A stretch of 64,000 nt of DNA from Microthyrium microscopicum (Eukaryota). The stretch covers positions 720,191-784,190 of the forward strand of contig MU004237.1 of the NCBI GenBank assembly GCA_010405405.1, given 5' to 3'. The notes below the pieces were generated by a model. It was not told the origin of the DNA and did not search any database. It saw only the letters and a list, made by a program, of their open reading frames with translations. The stretch's first letter is position 1; each line of letters begins with the position of its first letter. Positions 38,678-50,199 of the stretch are shown here, piece by piece. The translations under genes were made by a program, and so were the position numbers.

Positions 38678-41600
38678 ATGTCGGAACCTAGTTGGAGTTT
38701 TGCTAACCTAGATCTTGATCCTCCTCGGCCGGAGCACCATTCAAGCCTAGAGGAGATAACTCCTCCAGGACCCACGGAAACCTCTAATGCAGCAGAAACT
38801 TCCCATACGAGTTCCAGCCCCATTCAACCTTCAAATTCAAGTCCTGCGGCATCAGATAATGAAGACGAATCCAAGGCGGCAGAAATTGCTCTTCCAAATC
38901 CTACAGAAACCCCATATGGGTTAGACGCTTCGAGGAAGAGCTCTAGCGTATCCGAGACGGACTTTTCGAGCCCTTCATTCTTAAGTGACAGTGAAGGAGA
39001 CGAAGCGATAGAAGTTGCTCTTCCAGATCCCACAAACACATCCTATGGCTCAGACTCGTCTAGGCTTAGCAAATCGAAAGCAACGCCCTCAAGTCCTGTA
39101 GCACAAGCCAATTCCGAAGAGTTGGACCCCGAGACCATAGCACTTCTAGAGCCTACAGATACTTTCTATGGATCAGAGACTTCTGATTCGAGTCTGAGCG
39201 CATTTGCAACGACTCGGACAAGTCCTGTGGCACGAGCTGACGGCGAAAGCTTCGAAGCGGCAGAAATAACTCTCCCAGATCCTACAGATACTGCCTATGA
39301 CTCGGATACTTCTAAGACGAGTTCTAGCGCATTCGAGACAACCCCTTCAAGTCCCATACCAACGGATGATAGCGAAGTATTCAACCCAGACCAGATAGCG
39401 CTTCCAGAATCTAGGGATACATCCATTGCATCTCCACAAGCTAGGCCAAACTCCAGTAGATGTTTAGAAACCGCATCAGATTCCACATGGCCCAGCGACA
39501 TTGGTAATTCCGACACCCAGGAAGCAATCTCTTCAAGCGTAAACGAGTCTGACAGTGAATCTCAATATTCCACTCCGACTGTCGGCACACCATCACCGAC
39601 TAGGAATGACTCTTCATCATCAGATATCAGCGAACGTATCAACCCAGAAGAAGTAGCCCTACCAGCATCTCGGGAGTCTTTCATACGATCTCAAGAGTTC
39701 ACGTTTACTTCTGAAGAAGCCCCAGATACTGGATCTCAATATACTCCTTCGACCTTTGGCAGAAGATCATCACCTACCAGCAGACCAAGATCACCTACTA
39801 GTATTGAGTCTACACTCTTGCATATCAGCGAACCAATCAGTCCAGAAGAAGTAGCTCTGCCAGTGTCTCGGGAGTCTTCCATTCGATCTCAAGATTCTGA
39901 ACCTAGATCTGAAGAAGCTCCAGAAAGTCCGTCTCAATATTCTCCTCCGACCTTTGGGAGAACAAGATCACCTACCAGTATTGAGCCTGCACGATTACAC
40001 ATTAGCGAACCAATCTATCCAGAAGAAGTAGCTCTTCCAGTGTCTCGAGAGTCTTCCATTCGATCTGCAAGTTCCAAGTCTAGTTCTGAGGCGCCCCTAG
40101 ACAGTGAATCTCAATATTCCACTTCGTCTTTTGGCAGAAGATCACCAATTAGATCAGACTCTGCACCAGCAGATAAGGATGGAAATATCAGCCCAGAGTT
40201 GGCCCTGCCAGTGTCCAGGAAGATCTCAGATCGACCTATTGGGTCTATCTCTAGTTCTGAAGAATCATCAGAGACTACCCACCAAGAACAAACAGCTCGT
40301 CCAGATACTGGAACGACCGACTCTAGCTTGCCCGACTCTAAACACAGTTTCAGTGGATTCTCAGATGTTGGGGTTGCCGCACAGGAAGAGGCTGAACGTC
40401 AAGATGATTTCCAAACAAGTCCTTTGGAATCCGTAGATGATTGCAATACTCATCCAGAGTCTGTTGATCAAAGCGATGAACATCAATCAGAAGATTCTCA
40501 TGGCGAGCAAGAATCCCAGTCTCCAGAAGGAGCGTCCGAAGGAGATCAGGTATCTAGCCCTGGGGCTGGTTTGTCAGTTATCGAAGAGGAATCCTCTCCA
40601 GAAAGTGCTCAGTCCGGATCATCGAGCTGGGACATAAGTCCAACCACATTTCTTAAAGAACTAAAGGATGATGGAGCTGATAAAGCCCAACAGGCTGAGA
40701 GTTCACAGGTCGAAAATGAGAATGCTCCTGAATCTTTACAGAATGAAGCTCATGGTCTTAACTCACCACCAGGCAGCGATCAAGAGTCTCTAGAAGAGCA
40801 TCAGGAAGAAATTTTACGCCCACAACCTACTCAGCGCATAGTAGAGGAGTTTGAAAGCGTACCTGAAGGGACCACACCCGGTGGTATACGCTTCGAAGTT
40901 CAACCGCCCTCAGATGGCACCCGCGAATCAAGTCAAAAGAGCAGCCATACTAGTACAGATGGTGACCACGAAGTAAGTGAAAATGGTAGCTCTAGGAGCA
41001 CCCATCTGAAGCCTCCTCCGCCTTCTCAGTATAATCCCAATCCCGAGCCGAGGGAAGAAGATGAGGAAGACTCACAATCAACCGGGAGTCTGTCAGGTCC
41101 TGACAGTGTTGAAGAGGGCAGTGCCGAGAATCCTTTCTCGAGTCCCATCTCCGGCGAAGACGAGGAAATGCAACGGCAGATCCAAGAGGCGTTCGCTCAG
41201 TTCAAGGCTGAGCAAAACGACCATGCTTCGGAATCTGATTCTGGTCGCCAAACAATTGTGTCCCCAGATCAAGAAGATCGTGCTCGCTCTCCGAGAAAGG
41301 AGTCATCTAATCCAGTGTCCAAACATCAGGAAGATCAGGCTCATTCCACGCGAAAAGAATCATCTAGTCCAGTGGCCTTGGACCCTGGGTTCATATTCAG
41401 CAGCGACGCAGGCGAACCAATCGATGAGCGGCATTGGTGCCATCATAGAATTGCCGAATTCGAATTGAACGAAGTCAAAAAGTTCGAGAACACACTTGCA
41501 GAAGTCAAAGCCCAAGCACTGAAAGAAACCACCCATCTCAAAGCCCAAGCCGCCAAAGACGCGAAATCCTACGAAGAAAAGATCAAAAACTACGAAGCAA

Positions 41601-42943
41601 AACTAAAATTCCTAGAAACCGGCTACAAACTCAAACAAAGCGAGCTAGACTCAACAGCCTCAAACATAAACACTCTAAGCCGCACAAACCAAGATCTGAA
41701 AAACGAGCTCGACGATGCCCAACGAACCATCGCAGACCTCGAACAACAAATCGCCGACTCCAACAAACCCACCCACGGAATCCACACCAAACTCCGCGAA
41801 ACCAAAAAACTCTACACCAACCTCCTAGAAGACTACGCAAAACTAGAAACAGACCACAAAGAAGAAATCCTCCAACTAATCCAGGGCGCAGAGTATGTCA
41901 AAGCCGAACTAAAAGATCGTATCGCAGTCTTAAAAAACCGCGAAGCCATCCCCGGCAACGCAAACACCTCGATAACCAACATCCAAGGCCAACTAGAAGA
42001 CGCCACTGTCGAAAACAAGAAACTGATACGCGCCAACCAAGCGTTAAATGCCGACAACGATGATCTCCTCGCCAATTTACGCAAAACAGAAAAAATCAAG
42101 AACGCTTACGCCGCACTAGTCCACAATCTAGACGCCGGTGTAGACACGGTCGATTTCAAGCATAAAACCTACCCCGACGATAAAATTCCTGAACTACAAA
42201 CATTCCTGCAGAACAGAATCGACGAGGCGAAACGGCGCATGTATGCAGCGGAAGCAGAAATTGTCACCGTCCGCGAGGAAAGTATGCAGAAAGAAACGGA
42301 TCTTGTGAATGCGCGGAAAGTTATCGTGGATTTGAATTTCGAGAAGAATAAAATGCGCGAGACATTGCAGAGCCAAATCACCAGTTTACAGCAACGATAT
42401 GATAACACAGAACGGACTTTGCAAGGCACGATAGAGCAGCAGGGTCGCACTGAGGCGGTTAGGATGGAACGTATGATTGCTGATAATGAAGCTTTGGTGA
42501 CGGAACTTTATGCCACGCACGAAGCGTTTGAGGATATCAACCACCGCCTCTCCTCGCTGGAAAACACTCCCCACAAACTATCCAACGCAGCCGTAACCGG
42601 CCCCATCGACCTCCAAGGCGTTGAGGATAGAATCACTTCCCTCGAAACTAAGATCCTATCTAGCATTAGTGTAGCAGGAAGTGTCAAAGACCCATGTGCA
42701 TGCTGCAAAGAACTCATAACCAGCCTAGCAGAAGCACTAGAGAAGAACAAGGAGTGTACATGCGAGCAAGTCTACGACACCGTAGATTCGTTTACAGCTC
42801 GTATCCAAGAAGATTACTCGGACCCGGCGCTTCAGAAATGCTTGGAGGAGATGGCGAAGGAGTTGGAAGATGCGGAGGATCCAGAGGTGGTGGAGTGGTT
42901 GGAGCAACAAAAGGCATTGAATGAGGAGTATGGGCCGCAATGA
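38678..42943 (+). CDS. 1421-aa hypothetical protein: Ser/Glu/Pro-rich tandem-repeat N-terminus plus C-terminal coiled coil
   Basis: Uninterrupted 4.3-kb ORF with repeated (I/V)ALP units and heptad-like composition from about aa 930 onward. Confidence 0.85.
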   Translation: MSEPSWSFANLDLDPPRPEHHSSLEEITPPGPTETSNAAETSHTSSSPIQPSNSSPAASDNEDESKAAEIALPNPTETPYGLDASRKSSSVSETDFSSPSFLSDSEGDEAIEVALPDPTNTSYGSDSSRLSKSKATPSSPVAQANSEELDPETIALLEPTDTFYGSETSDSSLSAFATTRTSPVARADGESFEAAEITLPDPTDTAYDSDTSKTSSSAFETTPSSPIPTDDSEVFNPDQIALPESRDTSIASPQARPNSSRCLETASDSTWPSDIGNSDTQEAISSSVNESDSESQYSTPTVGTPSPTRNDSSSSDISERINPEEVALPASRESFIRSQEFTFTSEEAPDTGSQYTPSTFGRRSSPTSRPRSPTSIESTLLHISEPISPEEVALPVSRESSIRSQDSEPRSEEAPESPSQYSPPTFGRTRSPTSIEPARLHISEPIYPEEVALPVSRESSIRSASSKSSSEAPLDSESQYSTSSFGRRSPIRSDSAPADKDGNISPELALPVSRKISDRPIGSISSSEESSETTHQEQTARPDTGTTDSSLPDSKHSFSGFSDVGVAAQEEAERQDDFQTSPLESVDDCNTHPESVDQSDEHQSEDSHGEQESQSPEGASEGDQVSSPGAGLSVIEEESSPESAQSGSSSWDISPTTFLKELKDDGADKAQQAESSQVENENAPESLQNEAHGLNSPPGSDQESLEEHQEEILRPQPTQRIVEEFESVPEGTTPGGIRFEVQPPSDGTRESSQKSSHTSTDGDHEVSENGSSRSTHLKPPPPSQYNPNPEPREEDEEDSQSTGSLSGPDSVEEGSAENPFSSPISGEDEEMQRQIQEAFAQFKAEQNDHASESDSGRQTIVSPDQEDRARSPRKESSNPVSKHQEDQAHSTRKESSSPVALDPGFIFSSDAGEPIDERHWCHHRIAEFELNEVKKFENTLAEVKAQALKETTHLKAQAAKDAKSYEEKIKNYEAKLKFLETGYKLKQSELDSTASNINTLSRTNQDLKNELDDAQRTIADLEQQIADSNKPTHGIHTKLRETKKLYTNLLEDYAKLETDHKEEILQLIQGAEYVKAELKDRIAVLKNREAIPGNANTSITNIQGQLEDATVENKKLIRANQALNADNDDLLANLRKTEKIKNAYAALVHNLDAGVDTVDFKHKTYPDDKIPELQTFLQNRIDEAKRRMYAAEAEIVTVREESMQKETDLVNARKVIVDLNFEKNKMRETLQSQITSLQQRYDNTERTLQGTIEQQGRTEAVRMERMIADNEALVTELYATHEAFEDINHRLSSLENTPHKLSNAAVTGPIDLQGVEDRITSLETKILSSISVAGSVKDPCACCKELITSLAEALEKNKECTCEQVYDTVDSFTARIQEDYSDPALQKCLEEMAKELEDAEDPEVVEWLEQQKALNEEYGPQ
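38753..39420 (+). repeat. Coding tandem repeat family A, six units of about 129 nt (43 aa)
   Basis: Core codons at 38753, 38882, 39011, 39134, 39263 and 39392 (EIALP.PT.T.YGS). Confidence 0.85.
39550..40260 (+). repeat. Coding tandem repeat family B, four units of 174-198 nt
   Basis: SQYS.PTFGR..SP..ISEPI.PEEVALPVSRESSIRS, with cores near 39647, 39845, 40022 and 40196. Confidence 0.85.
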
Positions 42944-43320
42944 GATTGTTGATTTAGACGAAGGAGTTGGAGATAGATGTATTATATGTAATATAGAGAT
43001 AAGAACGATAACTTTCGATACCCACTTGTCTGATTGCAAGGACTTGCTACAAAATGGCATGGTAGTTACGAATTTGAGAACATGCATATTCTATACCACA
43101 CGTAATTCCATCCCAAAAGTGAATGCAACAGTAATAAAACCACTATCATTATCGTTACAAGAAAAACCCAAGGGTATGTAAGTGTTCCTAATGCCCAATC
43201 TGCAAAAACAAAACAATGAAAAAAGAGAGCCTAAGCCCATACAAGTGTGCAATTCATAGCAGTCATTAAGAGTCATATCTGCAACCGTCATGATCATCCC
43301 ATCCGCACAGCAGCGGTCAT

Positions 43321-45015
43321 TTACATCCGCCCACCCACAGGCGGCGGCGGTAAATTTCCATACGCATACGGATTCGCATCATTGTAAACCGGTGCCACAG
43401 GCCCATAACCCTGTCCTCCACCGTATCCTCCTCCACCCTGACCCTCTTTCTGGCGACGTTCGCGTGCTTTGCGCTTGCGACGATGTCTCGCCTCAAGCTC
43501 ATGCTTCTCACGACGCTGCTCATTCATTTCCTTCCACTCGCCATAAGCGCTCTTGATACCGAGCGCCGCAATACCAACTGCCGCAACATCCTGTAGAATA
43601 TTCTTTGATCTAGCCTTTCTCGCCTGCTCCGGAGAAATCTCACCCTCCTGCACAAGCTTGTGTCGTTTCTCGGAAGCCTGTATACTGGACACAACACCAT
43701 GCACCGCATGGATCGAAGCAACAGTCGCCAAACCAGCAGTCAACAGCTCCTTGGAGCGCGTATGTCTACGCTGATTCTCCAAGTCAGTAGTGCTGACGCT
43801 GCTCGTGCTAGAGTCGCGACTGCGCTTAGTATTCTCGCCGGCTGTTGCGCCGCCACCTGTATTTCGTTCAGCGTCACGTCCACGATTGTCATTATCATCA
43901 TAGTCATCACCACCGCGATTACGCCGCTCTTGCTGCTGCGCATACCGCGGCTTCCGGGAGGGCACGTACGAGTCTGCGCTGGCGCTGCGCGAGCGGTCAC
44001 GATCCACGCGGCCGCGGGACTTGGAGCGCACGCGGTCATAGAGAACTTTGCCAGCTGCTGCAATGGCGCCTAGTCCGGCGACTTGTTTGATTCCTGGGCC
44101 ACGGGATTGGGAACGTCCACGGGAGTCAGAGCGGGCACGTGAGGCGGAGCGACCACCAAAGACGGATCGCGAGCGGGAACGGAGTCTGTCGACGATGGAA
44201 CGAGATCGAGAACGACCACCGCGAGACATCGAACGGCCACGAGAGCCGCCGTTGGAGCTGTCGCGGGGTCCGTTGGCTAGACGATTGGCGGCAAGACCAC
44301 CAATGACTGATTCGGCGATATGGCGCTTTGATTTGTTGTCGGAGTTGCGGTTGACAAAACCATCAATACCAGCAGCACCGAGGGCAGCTGTGAGGATGCG
44401 CTGACCCTTTGGACCTGTCCATGGGCCGGCTTCATTTCTGCTTCGGACACCTTCGATGGCTGCGGCGATAGCGGCGGCCTTGGCAGCTTGTTGCCACTTC
44501 TTACGGTTGTCTGCGCCTCGGCTTCTACTACGGCTGTAGCCATCTGAGTTGGATCTGCGACGACGAGAACGACTACGACCGCCGCCAGCGGCTTTCATGA
44601 CAGTGGCGACGACACCGCCTAGACCAACGTCTCCAGCGAGTTTTTCAACGGTGGACTTTTTGCGCTCTCTTGGTCGATCATAGTCATCCTCGTAATCGTC
44701 ATCATATCGGCTAGAGCGTCCTCCACCACGTCGAGATCGTGCATCGTAGTCGCTATAGTAGTCATCATCATCGTAATAAGAATCGCGTTCTCTGGCGCCG
44801 CGTTGTGATTTTGAGCGGCGACCAACACCTCCGCCATAATCTTCACGATAAGAGCGGCGACGATATTCGGAAGGGTCATCGTAGTCATCGTAATCATCTT
44901 GTCGAGGGCGCAAGACTAGATCCCTGGCTCCAGTTCCGCGGGCGACATATTCATCCTCAGTCTCAATATACTCGGGCTCCTTGGTCCGGCTCCGACGGCG
45001 ACCATATTCCGACAT
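43321..45015 (-). CDS. RS/RD-rich protein with DUF3824-like C-terminal domain
   Basis: GPWTGPKGQRILTAALGAAGID and ELLTAGLATVASIHA..EGEISPEQARK..QDVAAVGIAALGIKSA..EWKEM. Confidence 0.8.
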   Translation of the reverse strand: MSEYGRRRSRTKEPEYIETEDEYVARGTGARDLVLRPRQDDYDDYDDPSEYRRRSYREDYGGGVGRRSKSQRGARERDSYYDDDDYYSDYDARSRRGGGRSSRYDDDYEDDYDRPRERKKSTVEKLAGDVGLGGVVATVMKAAGGGRSRSRRRRSNSDGYSRSRSRGADNRKKWQQAAKAAAIAAAIEGVRSRNEAGPWTGPKGQRILTAALGAAGIDGFVNRNSDNKSKRHIAESVIGGLAANRLANGPRDSSNGGSRGRSMSRGGRSRSRSIVDRLRSRSRSVFGGRSASRARSDSRGRSQSRGPGIKQVAGLGAIAAAGKVLYDRVRSKSRGRVDRDRSRSASADSYVPSRKPRYAQQQERRNRGGDDYDDNDNRGRDAERNTGGGATAGENTKRSRDSSTSSVSTTDLENQRRHTRSKELLTAGLATVASIHAVHGVVSSIQASEKRHKLVQEGEISPEQARKARSKNILQDVAAVGIAALGIKSAYGEWKEMNEQRREKHELEARHRRKRKARERRQKEGQGGGGYGGGQGYGPVAPVYNDANPYAYGNLPPPPVGGRM

Positions 45016-46278
45016 GGCTGTGAAAAGTTCCTAGGATTTCCTTGGATTTGTTGTCCAGTCTGAAATAAAGGTTAGAGGATGAACAGGTAATGATAAGGGA
45101 GTCGCGGTTGAGGGCTATCGCATACATACTGGTAATGGTTCGTAATCAATCTTGGAGGGGTAGGCAAATGTAAGTTGGGAGAAATGGTTAGGCTGAAACA
45201 GGTTGAGAAGTGAGGGTGGCCAGATGATTTATAGGATAATAGGATGGTCGGATAGAATAGGCCGGTGAGAAGAAGGGACAGGCTGGGCGCAAGAGGATTT
45301 TGAGTATTGGCAATGATCAATGATTAATCAGTGGGGATTGGTTGCAGGTAGGACCTTGATGAGGCAAGTTGAGCAGGCTGGGAGTATGCTGTTTAGGATG
45401 AATGGTTGCCAAGTGGAATGGGTAATAGGTAATGAGGAAAGAGGTTGCAAGCGGGAGGCTTAGTAGGATGGTGGGGTGTTGCTTGTATGGCCAAAAGAGT
45501 CAAAATGGAGCACAGCCAACTTTAACTTTAAACAATGCGGAAGAAACAGAAGAAACAGGTGAGATGGCGGGTTGTGAGAAGATTTAACCGGTGACGCAAT
45601 GGTCTTTTAGAAAGCACTTGGTTTCGGCGCAGGGAGAATGCTTGGAGTTTTGGTTGGGCATAAAGTTGGACGAGTGAGAGGGCAGAAACACCAGACACAG
45701 CAGACTCTGAAGGCTGTGTGTACAACTGGGTTGCATAGACCAGAAGAAGTCAAGCGTGTTCTGACCTGTCTTGCCTGTAGGCTGTCACCGGCAGATGGAC
45801 ACTTTTGACGCTCAAAACGTGGAGACGCGAGCCACTAATAGCCGGTGAACATTGAGGCTTGGAATTGTAACTCGTGAGGCCGCTGAGAATCGTGGAGGCC
45901 GTGATCAGTTGATGGTGTTCACGGTGAAAATGCAGAGATGGCTAAGTTCAGAAATCAGGAGACATCCTTCCATGGACCGTTGGAATTGGAGGAGTAGAAC
46001 AGAGTATGGCGATACCTCGGAACCTTTGAATTGCTCACACGTTATTCTCCGAAAAGGAAGTCGTGCCCAACCAAACGCAACTGACTAACCACTATATCGC
46101 AGATGCCCAATCTGATCCCTGTCAATATGTCGTGCCTGCCACTGTTCCCAATCCGGCAAGACTGATGCTGACAACTCATGACGTCATACATCACCAAATC
46201 CCTTTCTAGGAAGTCTTCCCATTTACGCCCCGAACTTGTTGTGACAATGCTCCAATCGACAACTTCCGCCTCAATCTC

Positions 46279-47403
46279 ATGGCCAACAATGGAGGTCACC
46301 CGAATACCACCTCGGATATTCTCCTGGTAAGTCAATTGACCTATCCCATTGCATAAAACTGACTTCATGTAGGCCGGCGCATTCGCAGCCTTTACCATAG
46401 ATCTCCTAATCTATCCCTTGGATACCATAAAAACCCGCCTCCAATCCAAAAACTATGCCACCCGCTACCTCCTCTCCTCCGGCGCCTATAACCGCCCCGC
46501 CCTATTCCGCGGTGTATACCAAGGACTCGGCAGTGTAATCGTCGCAACTCTCCCATCCTGTAAGAAACACACCATATATCCCATCCCAAATCCCTCTCCC
46601 CAATACACCTCTCCCACCCCCTCTCCCCAGAATCTATCAACACTAACAAACCACCCCCAGCCGGCGCATTCTTCCTAACCTACGAATCCACCAAATCCCT
46701 CCTAACAACCACCACCACCCTCCCCCTCCCCCTCCTCCACGCTCTCTCCTCCGCCACCGCCGAGCTCGTCTCCTGCGCCATCCTCACCCCCGCCGAAGTC
46801 ATCAAGCAAAACGCCCAAATCGCCAGCACCTCCTCCTCCTCCTCCCTCAGCGTCCTACGCCAATTCTTCCGCCAACGACCGTCCGCCCTATTCCGCGGAT
46901 ATACTGCGTTGGCGGCACGCAATTTACCGTTTACGGCGATGCAGTTTCCAGTGTTTGAAGCGTTGCGTGCGCGCGTGAGGAAGGGCAGGGAGGACAGGGG
47001 CCTTTGGACGGGGACGCTGGGGGAACAGGCGGTGGTGACGGGTGTTTGTGCGGGGGTGGCGGGGGCGGGGGCTGCGGCGGTTACGACGCCGGTTGATGTG
47101 GTTAAGACGAGGGTTATGTTGGCTGCTGCTGAGGAGGGGGGGCAGAAGAGGGATGGTGGGGATGGGAGGGAGAAGATCAGGGGCGCGGATGGGAAGGTTG
47201 AGGGCCGGAAGACGTTGTCAGAAGTGAAGGTTTTCAAGGAGATATGGCGAGAGGGTGGTGTGAAGGAACTGTTTAGGGGCGGTGCGTTGAGGAGTGTGTG
47301 GACGATGGTGGGGAGTGGGTTGTATTTGGGCGTGTATGATTTTGGGAGGGTGTATTTGGCTAGGAGACGGGGAGAGAAGGTTGATATGGATGATTTGGAA
47401 TAG
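46279..47403 (+). CDS. PET8: Mitochondrial S-adenosylmethionine carrier (Pet8/Sam5-like)
   Basis: Carrier signatures YPLDTIKTRLQ, TPAEVIKQNAQ, TPVDVVKTR, plus RNLPFTAMQFP. Introns 46327-46372 and 46560-46660. Confidence 0.88.
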
Positions 47404-47561
47404 ATTCTAAGAGGTTCACGTGTGTTCTATAGATGTTTGACTACATAGCTTGAAGGGGCGACTCTGTATATAAAGCAAGGTTAACGTACATATATCTCAT
47501 TGTATTCATATCTCATACTATACAGATCCCACAGGACTATTGATTCTCTCCAATGGAGTAT

Positions 47562-48832
47562 CTACACATGCGCCCACCCATTCTCAACCAAAACCTGCAT
47601 CTCATTAATCAGACAATGCACCCCATCCTCCCTCCGTCCCTTCTCCTCTCCCATCCACTTCCCAACGCGTCTCTTCACAATCCACTCCTCTACCCAAGCC
47701 GTCGTAAGCCACCGTCTAATCCGATTCTCCCACAACCCTCTTATCACTTGCCACCCACTCAACCAACTCCCACCACTGCCCAAACCCCTGGCATCCACCG
47801 GATTCACCGCTGAGTATGCTGGTCCATTATATCCCACTCGCACCCTCGGATTCACCCACACGCCCCTTTCCCGCGTCAACGGATTATCTGCGTGTATCAA
47901 ACAACATTCACTGCCCTCCAAATGTTTGAGCGCTAACGAATCTGTGATACCGCGAAATGCGAGATTTTGTGGTGGTAGGAATGGTGCGGCGGGCATGGCG
48001 ACGAGGCCGTTCCAGCAGCTTGTCACGGGGACTGGTTCATTGCGCTTCAGGGCAGAACGTGATGTGCGGGAGCGGAAGTATGGCCAGGTTGGCATGACGG
48101 TTGCGTGGCCGTGTATGTCGCGCAGGGCGAAGGTGTCATAATAGGACGGTGGTTTGGAGAAGTCGAGGGAACAGGCGGCGGCGTAGGAGCCTGAGTTTGT
48201 GGAGAGGAGGGTTAGGATGTCATTTGTCTGAGGGAGATATTAGTTTGGAAGAGGCGAGTGGATCAGGGGTGGTTTACGGTGAAGACGACATCGTTGAGGA
48301 AGAGGATCTTGTCGAAGGTTTTGCCGGCGGCTGCGAGAGCCAGGAGGTTGTAGAGAGTGTAGTTTCGCAGGCGCGAGAGATATGGGATGCGGCGGAGTTC
48401 GGGTTTGCCGCGAGGTGTGTTGATCCAGCCGGATGATGCTGGAGATCTCGAGATTTCGTCTTTATGGGTTGTTTCGGAGAGGGTAATGTTTCGGGGGACT
48501 TTGAGATCGCCTAGCTTTTGGTCCAGTTCGTGAAGGGCGCCTTTGGAATTGTCCCAGCTGCCGCTTTCGTAGACGCTGACGAAGACATTGTGTGGACCCA
48601 GCACGCGGGTGAGCTCGACTACGGCATCGTTCCAGTGTGAGCGGAGAATTGCTTCATTGTTCCAATGTATGCTCGCGATGTAGACGCGAGTGCCCGGAGG
48701 GACTAAGCTGACAGGAGTCGGCTGCGCTGCTTTCGACTGTATGTATAGAAGCTCTAGGACATTCCAAATGGCGAAAAGAGCTATGAATAGGCGTAGTGAA
48801 CGATATGTTCTTAACTTTCGCAGTGAGAGCAT
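47562..48832 (-). CDS. GT69 (Cap59/Cmt1-like) alpha-1,3-mannosyltransferase
   Basis: N-terminal TM segment, VSVYESGSWD, RRIPYLSRLRN, LFLNDV, ACSLDF..YDTFALRD, SCWNG, SECCLIHAD. Intron 48228-48277. Confidence 0.92.
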
Positions 48833-50199
48833 ATCGTGAGCCTAGAATGCGCAATAAAAGTGCCGTACGGAGTGAGGAAGAAGTTTGTGTCGCTGCGGCC
48901 AACGGCGTATGGCTAGCTCACCCTGGCAGAATGCCGTCAAAAATCCGGCCAAGCGATGGTAATGTCGCACTCGCCATAAAAACACTCATGTTGACTATAA
49001 GAAGTAGACTAGTGAAGTCAAAGATGAAGGTCAACAACGAAACATGCAGCATGAACATGATTGGCTAAGCCCTTTTAGGTATAGCGTCAAGAATCCTACG
49101 ACTACGTTCAAATTACCTTCAGTCTTTGTGAGATTGAAAACAACGAAAAGAAATAGGAATGAGAATAACGAACGAACCAATGTCACGGGAACTCCCTTTC
49201 CCTGTTGATTTCAAAGTTCACGTTCACGATAGGTTTGTAGCAGCGGCTCCAAGTCTCCAGTGTCATTTTAGCTTCAATGGCTTGGCAAGGCTCCAGCCTT
49301 ATACCCAATTTGCGTGCAAATAAAATATGCAGCATAGGCATTTGAAGGTACAGAGGAAGCCAATATCGCAGGCTCGTTGCAAAGCCGTTATACGTGAAGG
49401 GAACAAATCCTGCAGTGATCCTCGGACTGCACAGCTTGCAGCATTCGGATGTGAGTTTCATTTTGCATTCTAGCAGAATAGGAAGCTGTAATAATATAGA
49501 TATCATCGCTACAATATCTTAACACAAGATACGTCCCTGTAAAGAATGTATATTTTGATTCTATTGACCAATTAGAATGCGGATGTATTTAATGACTTTT
49601 ATACGAAACCTTAATATGCCCTGCTACCCAATGGAAATCCGGGATTTAAAGATTAGGTTTTGAACCTCGTCGAGATCTCGCAACGAACACTTGGATCAGC
49701 CCTTTTGCTTCTGTTAAACAGTTCGTGACTCGTAAGTGCGTGTCTCAATACTCCAATACTGGCCGACATGATGCAGACCTTGCCTAATTAATGATATGGC
49801 TCTGCTAAGGAGTCTTGACTTCCTCGTCTGTTCGATCACCTTATGTACATAGCCGCCTAGGTAGATATGATATAGACACTGGCAGAATATATCATGAGAA
49901 GTTATTAGCGATTGAGGGCAGGACAGTCGTAAGCTCTCTTAGTCCAACCAGGAGACAATATACATCTTGGTTAATCGTGGGCCATGTAATATATCGGTTA
50001 AGTCCCGACAGGTCCATGGAAAATACTCCATGGATACACCATTCGGCTCCACGTTCTCGAACTATATTGACCCTCCACATATTGCGGCTTCACTTTCATA
50101 TTTAGCATATCACAAACCTCTGGCGCATAGGTACCTGCTTCGGGGCTCTTCTTTCCTTCGTTGTTCCAGCTACCATTCGTTCCTTTCCTTTCTTTCACG

